The notes beneath the pieces were generated by a model. That model saw only the letters and a list, made by a program, of their open reading frames with translations, was not told the origin of the DNA and searched no databases. Of a DNA stretch of 64,000 nucleotides, positions 39,100-48,611 are shown piece by piece. The stretch is from Candidatus Microgenomates bacterium (GTDB taxonomy: Bacteria > Patescibacteriota > Microgenomatia > UBA8517), in assembly GCA_049519355.1 (NCBI GenBank), contig JBEKQV010000001.1, forward strand, positions 64,688 to 128,687, read 5' to 3'. The position numbers and the translations under genes were made by a program. Each line of letters begins with the position of its first letter. Position 1 is the first letter of the stretch.

Positions 39100-39614
39100 G
39101 AAACTATTGCAAAAAGGTTGATTGCTATCCAGCCGACGAAAATATCACGACCGAGTTTATCAATCAAGAATTCCGTCTCTCTTAGTGATCTTCCGGCAAC
39201 GACAAAGCCGTTCAAACTTCCATCCGAATACTTATTTACAACTATCGCCTGTCTAACTCCCGGCTGAGGTTGCCATGTCACTCTTTCTTCACCGTTCTTT
39301 GCAACACTATCAAAAATCCCGGAAGGAATTACCGGAACTATTCCATTCAAGGTTGCGGAAGAAGATAAAACTTTTTTGTTTTGGTCAAGGATGATTATAT
39401 AAGGAGATAGACTTTGCGAAATCTCAACTTTTTCAGGCAAATTTATTGATTTTACCGAAAGTCCGCCATTTAGTTTATTGGCCGTATCTTCGGACAGTTG
39501 CACCTGGGGTTCATTTGCTCCAAGTCTAAGCATTTGCTGCGTTGTGCCATAAATCATTAAAGAAATTAGCGATATAAAAATGACAATAATTAAGATTCTA
39601 AAAAAATGTTTCAT
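39057..39614 (-). CDS. hypothetical membrane-anchored protein
   Basis: 185 aa, N-terminal TM; overlaps end of 37585..39099 convergently. Confidence 0.3.
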   Translation of the reverse strand: MKHFFRILIIVIFISLISLMIYGTTQQMLRLGANEPQVQLSEDTANKLNGGLSVKSINLPEKVEISQSLSPYIIILDQNKKVLSSSATLNGIVPVIPSGIFDSVAKNGEERVTWQPQPGVRQAIVVNKYSDGSLNGFVVAGRSLRETEFLIDKLGRDIFVGWIAINLFAIVSYSIICSSFFKDRN

Positions 39615-39828
39615 TCCGTCAATTATATGTTATTTTCTTCTTTTTGCGTTACTTTCTCTGTTTGCAATATAAAAACAAATCGAAAATAATATCAACTCAC
39701 CGGAAAAAATCCAAATATAGGGGTGCGGAATAACTGCTTTATAATTATTCCAGATCACTATCAAAAAAACACTGAGAAAGATAAAGGCAACACCGGATTT
39801 AGGAACAAAATACCAAAAATTTATCATT

Positions 39829-40353
39829 CTAATTGGTACTTATTCTGCAACTTGAAAGAAATACCCCACCGCAATCGGGCAAATCGCCCCCATGTTCATC
39901 ATAAAGAGTAAATGTATAATCCGAATTTAGGGAAATCCACGGAGCATTATCAACCTTCGAGCCATTATTTCGACCATCCTCAGACATTAGACTATTGGTG
40001 CCTTTGACGAAAACACAAATTTCAACATTGGAAGAACCGTTCTTTCCAACAACAATATTATTCCAATTGGATTCAATATTAGCCGAACCAAATTGACCGG
40101 GCGCCGGCGGCATTTGGTAGTCACAAGTTATTTGTCCGCGGGTGCCACCCGGAACCGAAGATGTAGTACTCCCCACAGGTTTTATTACCTTCGGCAAAAC
40201 CGAGGGGGTTGGAATTGGAGTCACCTCTAAAGTTGGTGTAGGCATAATGGTCGGCTGGGGAATCGAAACTTGGTTTTTACGTCGAGAAAGGATTATAACC
40301 AGAACAAAAATTATAATAACAATTACAACCGCAATATATCTTTTTTGAAGCAT
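39829..40353 (-). CDS. hypothetical secreted/membrane-anchored protein
   Basis: 174 aa, N-terminal TM, Pro/Thr-rich linker, Cys-containing C-terminal domain. Confidence 0.3.
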   Translation of the reverse strand: MLQKRYIAVVIVIIIFVLVIILSRRKNQVSIPQPTIMPTPTLEVTPIPTPSVLPKVIKPVGSTTSSVPGGTRGQITCDYQMPPAPGQFGSANIESNWNNIVVGKNGSSNVEICVFVKGTNSLMSEDGRNNGSKVDNAPWISLNSDYTFTLYDEHGGDLPDCGGVFLSSCRISTN

Positions 40354-40387
40354 ATCTCAAATTTTATCACGTCCCCTGAAGTATTCC

Positions 40388-40735
40388 TTAAAGCCCGAGG
40401 TTTTGATATTGATTCAACTGTCCGTTAATTGATTGGTTAGCTTGATTAATAAAACCCACGGCAAGCCAAATCGTAACAACTGTGGAAATCACCGTCAGGG
40501 ATATAGCAACAGTCCCGATTATTTTTGCCTTCTCATTACCTTGATTTAAGTATTTGATTCCCGGCCAAAGACCTAATGGGGGAAGAAAAATACTAAGAGC
40601 ATAAATTCCTATTTGGGTCAGAACTTTGGTAGGAAGAGGCGCTGGTTTAAGATTCTTTCCGCAATTAGGACAAAAATAATACGAATCAGCAATCGGGGTA
40701 TGACAAAAAGGGCAAAGTTTTTCCTGCGGATTCAT
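40388..40735 (-). CDS. zinc-ribbon domain membrane protein
   Basis: CPFCHTPIADSYYFCPNCG double CxxC followed by 2 TM helices. Confidence 0.45.
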   Translation of the reverse strand: MNPQEKLCPFCHTPIADSYYFCPNCGKNLKPAPLPTKVLTQIGIYALSIFLPPLGLWPGIKYLNQGNEKAKIIGTVAISLTVISTVVTIWLAVGFINQANQSINGQLNQYQNLGL

Positions 40736-40795
40736 AGATTAAGCATCTCACTCACGGTAAAACCTTGTCAAATTTTGGGAGCGTAAGCGGAGATT

Positions 40796-41548
40796 TTAAC
40801 TCTCACTTCGAACATCTTTCCTCGTAAATGTCAGGTATAAAACGAAACCAATTATCAAAATAGTTAAGACGAGACTGGTTGGACCTGCCAACCCAAGTCC
40901 GCCAAGGTTTCTCGACCGGCTCATCCAGTCTGCAAACGAGGCCCCAAGTGGACGAGTCAAAACGTAAGTCGCCCAAAAAGCAATGATGTCATTCAAACCG
41001 AAGATCCAGTAAGCCAAAGCTGGTATTGCAATTATTACGGCAAATAAGACGGTTGATGATAAATATCCCAAACCAAAAGTTGTTGCCGTTAAGTCCCCCA
41101 ATGCGGTACCCAATGCAAAGGTAGCCAAGACGGTAACCCAATAAAATATCTCGCGACGGGTAGTATAAATACTGTGGAAAGATAAGGTTTTCTCACTAAA
41201 ATACCAGGTAATAAAAACAACTACCAATGCAATCGCAAAAAAGATACTAGATACAATATACGGGACACCTAACCCGACATGCATAACATCCGCCGCCATT
41301 GTTCCGAATACAGCGACCATCGCAACCGCCAACCAGTAAACCCACGCTATATAGCGCCGTACCAGAAACTGCAATGTAAGTGCCAAAATCAGACAAACGC
41401 CTCCAAGAATAACTGCCGGGATAGGGTTAAGCAAATGAACTAGATAATCTGAAGTTGCCTCACCCATTGCGGTGGTCAGCAGTTTAATAATCCAAAAGTA
41501 AGCCGTAATTTCCGGAACTTTTATCGCCGCATTTTTTAAGCTCTTCAT
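40796..41548 (-). CDS. polytopic membrane protein (about 7 TM), function unknown
   Basis: 250 aa highly hydrophobic. Confidence 0.4.
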   Translation of the reverse strand: MKSLKNAAIKVPEITAYFWIIKLLTTAMGEATSDYLVHLLNPIPAVILGGVCLILALTLQFLVRRYIAWVYWLAVAMVAVFGTMAADVMHVGLGVPYIVSSIFFAIALVVVFITWYFSEKTLSFHSIYTTRREIFYWVTVLATFALGTALGDLTATTFGLGYLSSTVLFAVIIAIPALAYWIFGLNDIIAFWATYVLTRPLGASFADWMSRSRNLGGLGLAGPTSLVLTILIIGFVLYLTFTRKDVRSES

Positions 41549-41602
41549 TAATAAATTATATCAGTCCTACTGGAAGAAGATTTCTCAATTTACAAAGCAT
41601 AC

Positions 41603-41640
41603 CGAGCATCATTATCCAGGACCTTTTGATCCCATAACCG
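41603..41640 (+). repeat. intergenic repeat family copy D
   Basis: CGAGCATCATTATCCAGGACCTTTTGATCCCATAACCG matches consensus GCTGAGCATCA...ATCCCATAACC. Confidence 0.6.
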
Positions 41641-41654
41641 ATTATATTTTGCCC

Positions 41655-42590
41655 TTATTCTACCCTCGCATTAATCGGGCTATTTAAAACTAATAATTCA
41701 CTTGGTTTCTGAGGGTTATTGATTAAATAACGAGCCAGCTGTATTGCTCCCTTTACAATGTCATTCTTCTGGCCAATTCTCTTATGCTCATATTCAGTGT
41801 TCCCGGTTTCATATTCAGTCTGTATTTTGGGATGAACATAGTCTATGGGAACGGGAATCACCCTTAGTTTCTTTTCAAGAGCTAACATGATAGGGAAAAA
41901 GGTGGCATTAGAATAATTATCTGGTTTAACCGTTTGGGCCAATTTAGAATTTTCTTTTAATCTAAATTGGTTGGTAAAAAGACTAAGAATTTCGGGGCTG
42001 TTTTTAAATATCCTTGGACCGAAGGATAAATCCATATCCCAACTATTTTTTGGCAACAAACCAGTTAATCGTAAAACACGGCTAAATAAACGGTTTAGTT
42101 CTTTTTCACTTCTGACCTGCTGTTCTGGGTAGGTTTTAAAACTTTGAGCTGTTCTGGCTGGTATCACAATGTCTGCAGATCCGTCTATTATTGGTCTAGC
42201 GGCCTCTTTGAGATTTTCAATCATAGAAATCTTTTCGGGTTCTGTCCAGCAAATTGCTTCAACTCCAGGAAGAACTGCGGCCTCTCTAAATGTTTGCCGT
42301 CTGCTTGCACTCATTCCTTTTTCCTCTTGATCACGGACATCAACGCCAATCCCTCTTAAGAAGTTTTTAAATTCACCAGAACTTCCACCGTCTACAACTA
42401 CTAATTGATAACCTTTTTCTTTGGCTTGTTGCAGCGTCTGAATGGCTAAATCGCCTCTTAATTGATCAGAATTAATTGCAGAACCGGTTTGGGCGGCAGA
42501 CCACTCTTTGTAAAAGGTGGTAGTTACAACTGCGATGTTATGATTTTGCAGCTTTTCTTCATGGCTAGTTGATTCGATATTTTCAGCCAT
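41655..42590 (-). CDS. hypothetical protein (possibly nucleotide-sugar transferase-like fold)
   Basis: 311 aa; IAVVTTT...LVVVDGGSS segment vaguely GT-A-like; no confident family. Confidence 0.3.
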   Translation of the reverse strand: MAENIESTSHEEKLQNHNIAVVTTTFYKEWSAAQTGSAINSDQLRGDLAIQTLQQAKEKGYQLVVVDGGSSGEFKNFLRGIGVDVRDQEEKGMSASRRQTFREAAVLPGVEAICWTEPEKISMIENLKEAARPIIDGSADIVIPARTAQSFKTYPEQQVRSEKELNRLFSRVLRLTGLLPKNSWDMDLSFGPRIFKNSPEILSLFTNQFRLKENSKLAQTVKPDNYSNATFFPIMLALEKKLRVIPVPIDYVHPKIQTEYETGNTEYEHKRIGQKNDIVKGAIQLARYLINNPQKPSELLVLNSPINARVE

Positions 42591-42641
42591 AAGTAAGTTT
42601 AGGAATAAGCGAATTATATATCAAGAGTGGCAAATGGCACC

Positions 42642-42680
42642 GCCAAGCATACAGTCTGGCACCTCTAGATCCCATAATAG
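42642..42680 (+). repeat. intergenic repeat family copy F
   Basis: GCCAAGCATACAGTCTGGCACCTCTAGATCCCATAATAG. Confidence 0.55.
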
Positions 42681-42706
42681 TTAAGGCAAATAAAACACTA
42701 TTGATC

Positions 42707-43090
42707 TTAGTAAGTGAATCCGGCGTACAGGAAATATATTCCTATAAATAAAAAGGCTACCAGTGCAAACATCCCCAATCCTTTATTCTTCCTTATATTT
42801 TTGACAAAGCCGTTCATACTTTTCGGAAAGAATAAGTTTACGAGGCCGATAATCAAAATCAGCCAGGAAAACAATGTAGTAGATATGTCCAAATTTGTCA
42901 TCCAGGAGCTGTGATATAGCAAAAGGCCAATTCCCAAAAGTGTATTGATAACCCCTTTGACAAGCATGGGCATCGTGCCTTCATACATTTTAAGAACACC
43001 ATCAAAATTTTTCCGGTTTAAAAGTAAAGCTCCCGTTACTATTACCAAAATAAAGCCAAATAGTTTTGCGAGTAAAACTGAAGTTAGCAT
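42707..43090 (-). CDS. small 4-TM membrane protein
   Basis: 127-aa hydrophobic ORF. Confidence 0.3.
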   Translation of the reverse strand: MLTSVLLAKLFGFILVIVTGALLLNRKNFDGVLKMYEGTMPMLVKGVINTLLGIGLLLYHSSWMTNLDISTTLFSWLILIIGLVNLFFPKSMNGFVKNIRKNKGLGMFALVAFLFIGIYFLYAGFTY

Positions 43091-43154
43091 TTAGATATCA
43101 CCCTCTTTCGTTAATAATAGTTTTTCACTATTTGGAAGACTTTGCAAATATTTG

Positions 43155-43194
43155 GCTGAACATCACGGTCTAAGGCATTTAAGACCCATAACTG
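43155..43194 (+). repeat. intergenic repeat family copy E (followed by T-run; overlaps the last codons of the methyltransferase gene)
   Basis: GCTGAACATCACGGTCTAAGGCATTTAAGACCCATAACTG then TTTTTT. Confidence 0.55.
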
Positions 43195-43853
43195 TTTTTT
43201 AGTTGACCCAAAAAACAATAATGCCTCTTTTCGGAATCAACCCAAATTTTTCTATTCTTAAAGTTTTTAAATTCTTTTCCTACAATATCTCTGTTAAAAA
43301 GATAGTGTGGCAAGCCTTTCTCTCCACCCTCGACAGGCACATAAGTTCTTGGAGCAATCACTTTATAATTGGTCTTTTGCTTTCCATATTTTTCTATTAT
43401 TGTGTGGCTGGGATAAAACTTCCTAAACTTTCTTTTGCGAAATGTTATAAAAACAAAGCCACCTGGAATTAATACTCTTTCTATTTCCTTGATAGCTTCT
43501 CTAATTTTTTCGATAACTTCATGGTGAAGTGCTTGTGTAGAAATTACAGCATCGAAATAATCATTTTTATAAGGTAATTTTTTATAAATGTTTCCGACTT
43601 TTAGATCTGCTTTTAATTCCTCGTCTTTTAGCCATTTTTTTGTAAGATTAATACCTTCTCCCGCTATATCGATACCATAGGTGTCAAAACCATGTTTGGC
43701 AAAATAAACAACATGTCGCCCTGACCCACAACCTAAATCTAAAAGTTTTTTAACGCCGTTCTTTTTAAGAATACCCACAATTTTCACAATATCTTCTTGT
43801 GGCTCAAGAAAAACCTTTCCGTGCTCCTTAAAAACTTCGTTCCACTGTTTCAT
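43179..43853 (-). CDS. class I SAM-dependent methyltransferase
   Basis: motif I LLDLGCGSGRH, motif post-I GIDIAGEGI, IPGGFVFITF. Confidence 0.7.
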   Translation of the reverse strand: MKQWNEVFKEHGKVFLEPQEDIVKIVGILKKNGVKKLLDLGCGSGRHVVYFAKHGFDTYGIDIAGEGINLTKKWLKDEELKADLKVGNIYKKLPYKNDYFDAVISTQALHHEVIEKIREAIKEIERVLIPGGFVFITFRKRKFRKFYPSHTIIEKYGKQKTNYKVIAPRTYVPVEGGEKGLPHYLFNRDIVGKEFKNFKNRKIWVDSEKRHYCFLGQLKNSYGS

Positions 43854-43975
43854 ATTTGAAGTATACCAAACTTGAGCTGGCCCTGGTTGAAAATTTCCGA
43901 ACAGTAAACTGGTCAGAAATCATAAAACATCCTAAGTTAGCTTACCAAACAAGTCAGCAATTTTTGGATCTCTAA

Positions 43976-44623
43976 TCAATCGTAATGTTTTTCATTCCAA
44001 CTGACGTATTTGTAATCTTCAACCATTTTGATTCTGTCCACAGGTATGTCAGTTGGTATTAACACTTCAGGAAATTCAAAATCATCTAAATCTTGTTCTT
44101 CACCTGTATGATGCTCTGACAAATACTGACTAAGTGGTTTTGCGGTTTCCCAGTAAGATTTGGCCCAGCTTCTTGCTCCTTTTATCCCTTCGAGTCCGGT
44201 TATATCAGCTCCTGCTTCAGTAACAAAGGCACCATCAGCCACAATACAATCTTTGGGATCTACTTGGACCTCAAAAAGTACTTGTTTACCGGGGTTAAAC
44301 AAACTTAACCTTACTTCGTCCGGCTTACGAGGATAGGCAAATATACATTTCGTTCTATCAACACGGAAACCCATGTCCTTTCCTGTTTGGGAAAATATTT
44401 GTTCTAATTCCGGACCTTTCGTTCCCATCTGATTATCTTTAGCCCGAAAACCATTTTTATTTATAAAATCTAAACTTTCCTTATTAATATGGATATACAA
44501 AGTTACATAATTATTAAGTTTTTCTGGAGAATGATCTTCCTCCACTGGCGAACTTGTTTCGATTGGTTTAGGTTGAGAGACTTGTACATCTGATTGATCA
44601 ACCATTATTTCGGAAGATTCCAT
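43976..44623 (-). CDS. hypothetical protein
   Basis: 215-aa acidic soluble protein, no family recognised. Confidence 0.3.
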   Translation of the reverse strand: MESSEIMVDQSDVQVSQPKPIETSSPVEEDHSPEKLNNYVTLYIHINKESLDFINKNGFRAKDNQMGTKGPELEQIFSQTGKDMGFRVDRTKCIFAYPRKPDEVRLSLFNPGKQVLFEVQVDPKDCIVADGAFVTEAGADITGLEGIKGARSWAKSYWETAKPLSQYLSEHHTGEEQDLDDFEFPEVLIPTDIPVDRIKMVEDYKYVSWNEKHYD

Positions 44624-44728
44624 ACTAAAAGTATAACTTACTTATGTTTGTTTTTCTTTAAACCCTGAACCCAGTTCAAATCTCTGTCTGGGTTGTTCAA
44701 TTTGATACAGTTATTTGAGGCTAAACTT

Positions 44729-44816
44729 TAAGCTGAGCATCATGGTCTGGAACCGTTCGATCCCATAACCATCTGAAAGTAGTGTATCACCCCGAAGCTA
44801 AATGAGACAAATGAGG
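44729..44816 (+). repeat. intergenic repeat family copy A (long form)
   Basis: core GCTGAGCATCATGGTCTGGAACCGTTCGATCCCATAACCA (44732-44771) identical 40/40 to copy C; 3' extension ...GAAGCTAAATGAGACAAATGAG shared with copy B. Confidence 0.7.
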
Positions 44817-44870
44817 CAGTATCAAAGGGTGGTTAATAGTTGTTGTACAACGTATGTAGTAAAATGAGCC

Positions 44871-45560
44871 ATGACTGAAGAGAAAACTGATTTACCGAAA
44901 CTTCAGACCTCTACGAAGGAGTGGTTGGATAAATTGATGGTGCAAGCCAGGAACCAAACTGTTAACCCTGAAGAGGTTTCTGAATCGTTACGAATTTCAG
45001 ATAGGGAGGTTACATACGACAAATTTATTAATTTTTGTAACAAATTCCCCCAATGGAAAAACAAAGAAATTCAATATGTCTTTGTTAAGGGTTGGTCAAG
45101 AGAACTGGCCTTACAGGCAGATAGGATATTGCCGATAGACTCTCACTCTCAAATTAAAACTAAGCTTAATGTCTCATTTGCCCCCACTGAAATAAAATCC
45201 CATGGTGATATTGATATATGCCTAGTTAATAGAGACCTTGAAAAAGAAATAATTCCCATTTGGAGACAATACAATATTGATGAAAACAATGTTGGAAAGA
45301 CGCTACCAGACTTTTTACTCTATAAGGAACAAGATGTGGAGCAATCTTTAAGGGATTATTTTTGCGTGGTTGAGTTTGATAATAGGGATTTTATAGTTCC
45401 AAAACCAGAAGTGATCTTCCTTGCCAATACCCACAAAAACAGTGAGGGTAATTTAAGAAGACCAAATGTCTTAAGATCTTTAAATGAAAAATATGTTCTA
45501 GACTTAAACTTAATAGACCAAATTAGAAAAATACCAGGAGTTGAAAAGTTTATTAGCTGA
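44871..45560 (+). CDS. hypothetical protein
   Basis: 229-aa AT-rich ORF flanked by repeat copies A and B. Confidence 0.35.
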   Translation: MTEEKTDLPKLQTSTKEWLDKLMVQARNQTVNPEEVSESLRISDREVTYDKFINFCNKFPQWKNKEIQYVFVKGWSRELALQADRILPIDSHSQIKTKLNVSFAPTEIKSHGDIDICLVNRDLEKEIIPIWRQYNIDENNVGKTLPDFLLYKEQDVEQSLRDYFCVVEFDNRDFIVPKPEVIFLANTHKNSEGNLRRPNVLRSLNEKYVLDLNLIDQIRKIPGVEKFIS

Positions 45561-45569
45561 GGTAATAAA

Positions 45570-45656
45570 CTTGCTGAGCATCATGGTCTAGGACTTTATT
45601 ATCCCATAACCACTAAGAGCAGTGAATCATCCTGAAGCTAAATGAGACAAATGAGA
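45570..45656 (+). repeat. intergenic repeat family copy B (long form)
   Basis: GCTGAGCATCATGGTCTAGGACTTTATTATCCCATAACCA...GAAGCTAAATGAGACAAATGAG. Confidence 0.7.
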
Positions 45657-45668
45657 CATAATAAAAAG

Positions 45669-45696
45669 TTGATTCCGTCAGCTAGCAATGTATAAT
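45669..45696 (+). promoter_or_regulatory. sigma70-like promoter (TTGATT, 16-nt spacer, TATAAT) for 45707 ORF
   Basis: TTGATT 45669-45674, TATAAT 45691-45696, ATG at 45707. Confidence 0.4.
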
Positions 45697-45706
45697 TACA
45701 AAATAT

Positions 45707-45904
45707 ATGGAACATATAATTAACAGTACGAATCAGGACCCTCAAAAAGATGGTATCGAAGAAATTGAATTACAACCACCAACACTATCAGAGACTGGGG
45801 TAAAACAAGACTTGAAAAAGAAAGAACAACCTACCGAGAAAAAGCTCGAAAGTCCTCAAGGGCCTGGAGGAAGAGTTGTTAGAGGACCGTTTGGTACGTA
45901 TTAA
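45707..45904 (+). CDS. small hypothetical protein (65 aa) with Gly-rich C-terminus
   Basis: ...ESPQGPGGRVVRGPFGTY; own promoter; immediately upstream of the amidohydrolase/rSAM cluster. Confidence 0.3.
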   Translation: MEHIINSTNQDPQKDGIEEIELQPPTLSETGVKQDLKKKEQPTEKKLESPQGPGGRVVRGPFGTY

Positions 45905-45932
45905 TTCTCAAGAGAAAGCACTACTAGAATAT

Positions 45933-46766
45933 TCAGTCACCCAATCCAAGGTTGTAGATCCTATTAGCGTTTTTCCAGAAGATCGATTGTTCTAATTCTT
46001 CGCTTAAACTTAGACTTTTTACAAGATCTATATGTTTTTTAAACCCACTTTCGGTTTTAGAATCACATAGTGGCCAATCCGTACCAAAAATGACTTTGTC
46101 CGGTCTATCATCAACAGTTCTTTTTAGAACATTTACCATCTTCTCTTTTCCACCACTTGCTTTTATCACCTCATCATCTGCACACCCAGAGATTTCAAAA
46201 CAAATATTTGAAACACTCCTGGTAATATCATAACAATATTCAATCTTCGGCCAATAGTAATGGGCAATCACTATTTTTAAATTTGGAAACTTTTTAGCAA
46301 CCTCAACAATGTATTTGGGATCGTTGTAATCAAGAGGGTTAGTTATTTTAGGATCGGAAGAAATATCACCCGTGTGAATCACTACTGGATAACCCAAATT
46401 CTGAAGCAGCTCGTAATAAGGCGTACATCTCTCATCTGCAACATTATAAGGATCATGCCCAGGAAAGAGCTTTAGACCTTTTATTTTTCCTTCTTCTACT
46501 AATTTTCTATATTTATCAATCTCACTACTACCTCTTTGAATAATTTGTGGGCTCCCCAACGCAAACAATCTTTTTTGATCTTTAACAAGATTAAGTGTGT
46601 GATCCAAGTCAGCAATTTTAGGATCATTTTCTAAATTATCCGGAATAACAATTGCGTAGTCTATTCCGTTTAGATTCATCTCTTCAAGTAAAGTATCCGT
46701 AGCCTCGTCTAGACTATTCCCTTTTCCTGTATATGTTGAAACGTGAACGTGTGCGTCAATAATCAT
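45933..46766 (-). CDS. metal-dependent amidohydrolase (TIM-barrel Amidohydro_2 family)
   Basis: MIIDAHVHV... HTGD ... FGTDWP metal-ligand pattern of amidohydrolase-2 family. Confidence 0.7.
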   Translation of the reverse strand: MIIDAHVHVSTYTGKGNSLDEATDTLLEEMNLNGIDYAIVIPDNLENDPKIADLDHTLNLVKDQKRLFALGSPQIIQRGSSEIDKYRKLVEEGKIKGLKLFPGHDPYNVADERCTPYYELLQNLGYPVVIHTGDISSDPKITNPLDYNDPKYIVEVAKKFPNLKIVIAHYYWPKIEYCYDITRSVSNICFEISGCADDEVIKASGGKEKMVNVLKRTVDDRPDKVIFGTDWPLCDSKTESGFKKHIDLVKSLSLSEELEQSIFWKNANRIYNLGLGD

Positions 46767-46951
46767 GATGTCTTAAGTTTAACAGAAGATTACTAATAAT
46801 AAAACGTTTTATCTTATAAGTCCTTTATTTATGCATATTTTGAATCGGAGGTGTATAATATAGGCTGTCTGTTAGGCACGTTAACAAAGTAACAAAAAAT
46901 AATCAAAAATCCTTATAAAAACCTCATTGGAAAGGAAGGAGTAAGGAAGTC

Positions 46952-47254
46952 ATGGGTAAGCATTTTGTGCGTCGTAATGAGAATTTTACCTGTGAGCATT
47001 GTGGACAAACGGTTGTGGGTTCGGGATATACGAATCATTGCCCCACTTGTCTCTGGAGTAAGCACGTAGATGTGTATCCAGGGGATCGGGCCTCGGCCTG
47101 CAGAGGGATGATGAAACCCGTCCGTGTCGAGTTTAAAAAGGGACAGTATGTAATTGTTCACCGCTGCACTACGTGTGGCTGTGAGAAGAGAAATAAGGCT
47201 GCCCCTAACGACAACTTCGATGCGATACTCCAAGTAGCCTCACAACACAGGTAA
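46952..47254 (+). CDS. RNHCP-type Cys-rich zinc-ribbon protein
   Basis: CEHCGQ...GYTNHCPTCLWSKHVD...CTTCGC: conserved (R)NHCP.CLWSKH motif plus 8 Cys; RBS AAGGAAGGAG upstream. Confidence 0.5.
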   Translation: MGKHFVRRNENFTCEHCGQTVVGSGYTNHCPTCLWSKHVDVYPGDRASACRGMMKPVRVEFKKGQYVIVHRCTTCGCEKRNKAAPNDNFDAILQVASQHR

Positions 47255-47267
47255 AGGAGTGCAAACC

Positions 47268-48611
47268 ATGAAAATTGTGTTTGTCACCCCAATTCTTCCG
47301 TACAAATTCGAAAAGACGCCGTATGTGCCTCTAGGAATCGGATATCTTGTTGCAAGCATCCGAAAAAATTGCCCGTACGTAACAGACATTCAGTTCATAG
47401 ATGGGCAAATCTTATCCGAGCACAGCTTTTGGCGGAATATCGAACTGGTCAATACCGATGTTTTACTCATATCGGCAACCATTAGACAGATGAAAGGAGC
47501 TGCGAAAGTAGCCTCAATCGTCAAGCGTCGTAATGAAGGTGTTGTGGTTATCCTCGGAGGTGCAGGGCCAAGTGGTTTTTCTGTACTTCCACAAATGGAT
47601 GACATCGACATAATTGTGAAGGGAGAAGGAGAAGAAGTACTGCCATCAATTCTCGACGCGGTTAATAGGAAGGTGCAAATCGTGCTGCCTGAAGAAAAAG
47701 CGATCTGTCAGCATAACAACGGCAAGACTGTTATTTCTGTTTGTCTGCCGCCTGATATTAATGCAATTCCTTTGCCGGATAGAACAATATTCGACAACAC
47801 CGCCTATAGAAAAAGATGGATCGGATCAGCCGGGATGGACTCTGTAAGTATCATCGGATCGAGAGGATGTCCATTCCATTGTGTCTTTTGTGACCACTCG
47901 GTCACTGGATATGGCGTAAGGTATCGAAACGTACAAAACATTGCGGAGGAGATGATCTCTTTACAGCAAAAGTACAAGCCTAACGACATATTCTTCTATG
48001 ATGATCTTTTCACAACAAGAAAAAGCCGGGTTAGTGCACTGTGCGACCTGATCGTAAAAAGCAAAGTTCCAATCACATGGAGCGCGCAAGGAAGGGTCGA
48101 CTGCATTACGCAGGAAATGCTTGAAAGAATGCTCTCTGCAGGATGTAACGAAGTGATGTTTGGTGTTGAATCCGGCAGTGACAAGATACTCAAGTATTTC
48201 CGAAAGGGTTTCACCCATGAAAAGATTGTCCAGGCATTTGAGTTGTGCCACAAAGTAGGCATGAAAGCTGGTGCATATCTCATCATCGGTGTTCCCGGAG
48301 AAACACGACAAGATATCCTTCAGACGATTTCTCTCGTCGAGGAAATTGAACCGTCACTTCTCAATATCTCGTACCTTACCCCGTTCCCCGCCACTCAGTT
48401 ATATAAAATGACAAAAAAGTGGGTACGGAATGAAGACTACGAGAGATGGGACGACTTCCAAACTTCAGTTTATGACTTTCCTTTTGAAATGGATCCCAGG
48501 AAGTCAGAAGAGCTTATTTTGGAAGCATACCGAAGAAAGATCAATCAGGGTATGCCATATAGTGCCTACCAATTCGCTAACGCGAAAAAAACTAATGGAG
48601 GTGCAGAATGA
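47268..48611 (+). CDS. B12-binding domain radical SAM protein (class B rSAM)
   Basis: N-terminal Rossmann-like B12-binding region; radical SAM CPFHCVFC (Cx3Cx2C); RBS AAAGGAG 7 nt upstream. Confidence 0.8.
   Translation: MKIVFVTPILPYKFEKTPYVPLGIGYLVASIRKNCPYVTDIQFIDGQILSEHSFWRNIELVNTDVLLISATIRQMKGAAKVASIVKRRNEGVVVILGGAGPSGFSVLPQMDDIDIIVKGEGEEVLPSILDAVNRKVQIVLPEEKAICQHNNGKTVISVCLPPDINAIPLPDRTIFDNTAYRKRWIGSAGMDSVSIIGSRGCPFHCVFCDHSVTGYGVRYRNVQNIAEEMISLQQKYKPNDIFFYDDLFTTRKSRVSALCDLIVKSKVPITWSAQGRVDCITQEMLERMLSAGCNEVMFGVESGSDKILKYFRKGFTHEKIVQAFELCHKVGMKAGAYLIIGVPGETRQDILQTISLVEEIEPSLLNISYLTPFPATQLYKMTKKWVRNEDYERWDDFQTSVYDFPFEMDPRKSEELILEAYRRKINQGMPYSAYQFANAKKTNGGAE

Noticed and set aside
46840-46859. 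TTGAAT...TATAAT as promoter of the rSAM operon
   Set aside because: The TTGAAT to TATAAT spacing is only 8 nt, so the -35 assignment fails; only the -10 TATAAT (46854-46859) is credible, so no full promoter was listed as a feature.
47961-48311. 116-aa and 96-aa minus-strand ORFs inside the B12-rSAM gene
   Set aside because: Antisense shadow ORFs within a gene that has clear B12-binding and Cx3Cx2C signatures.
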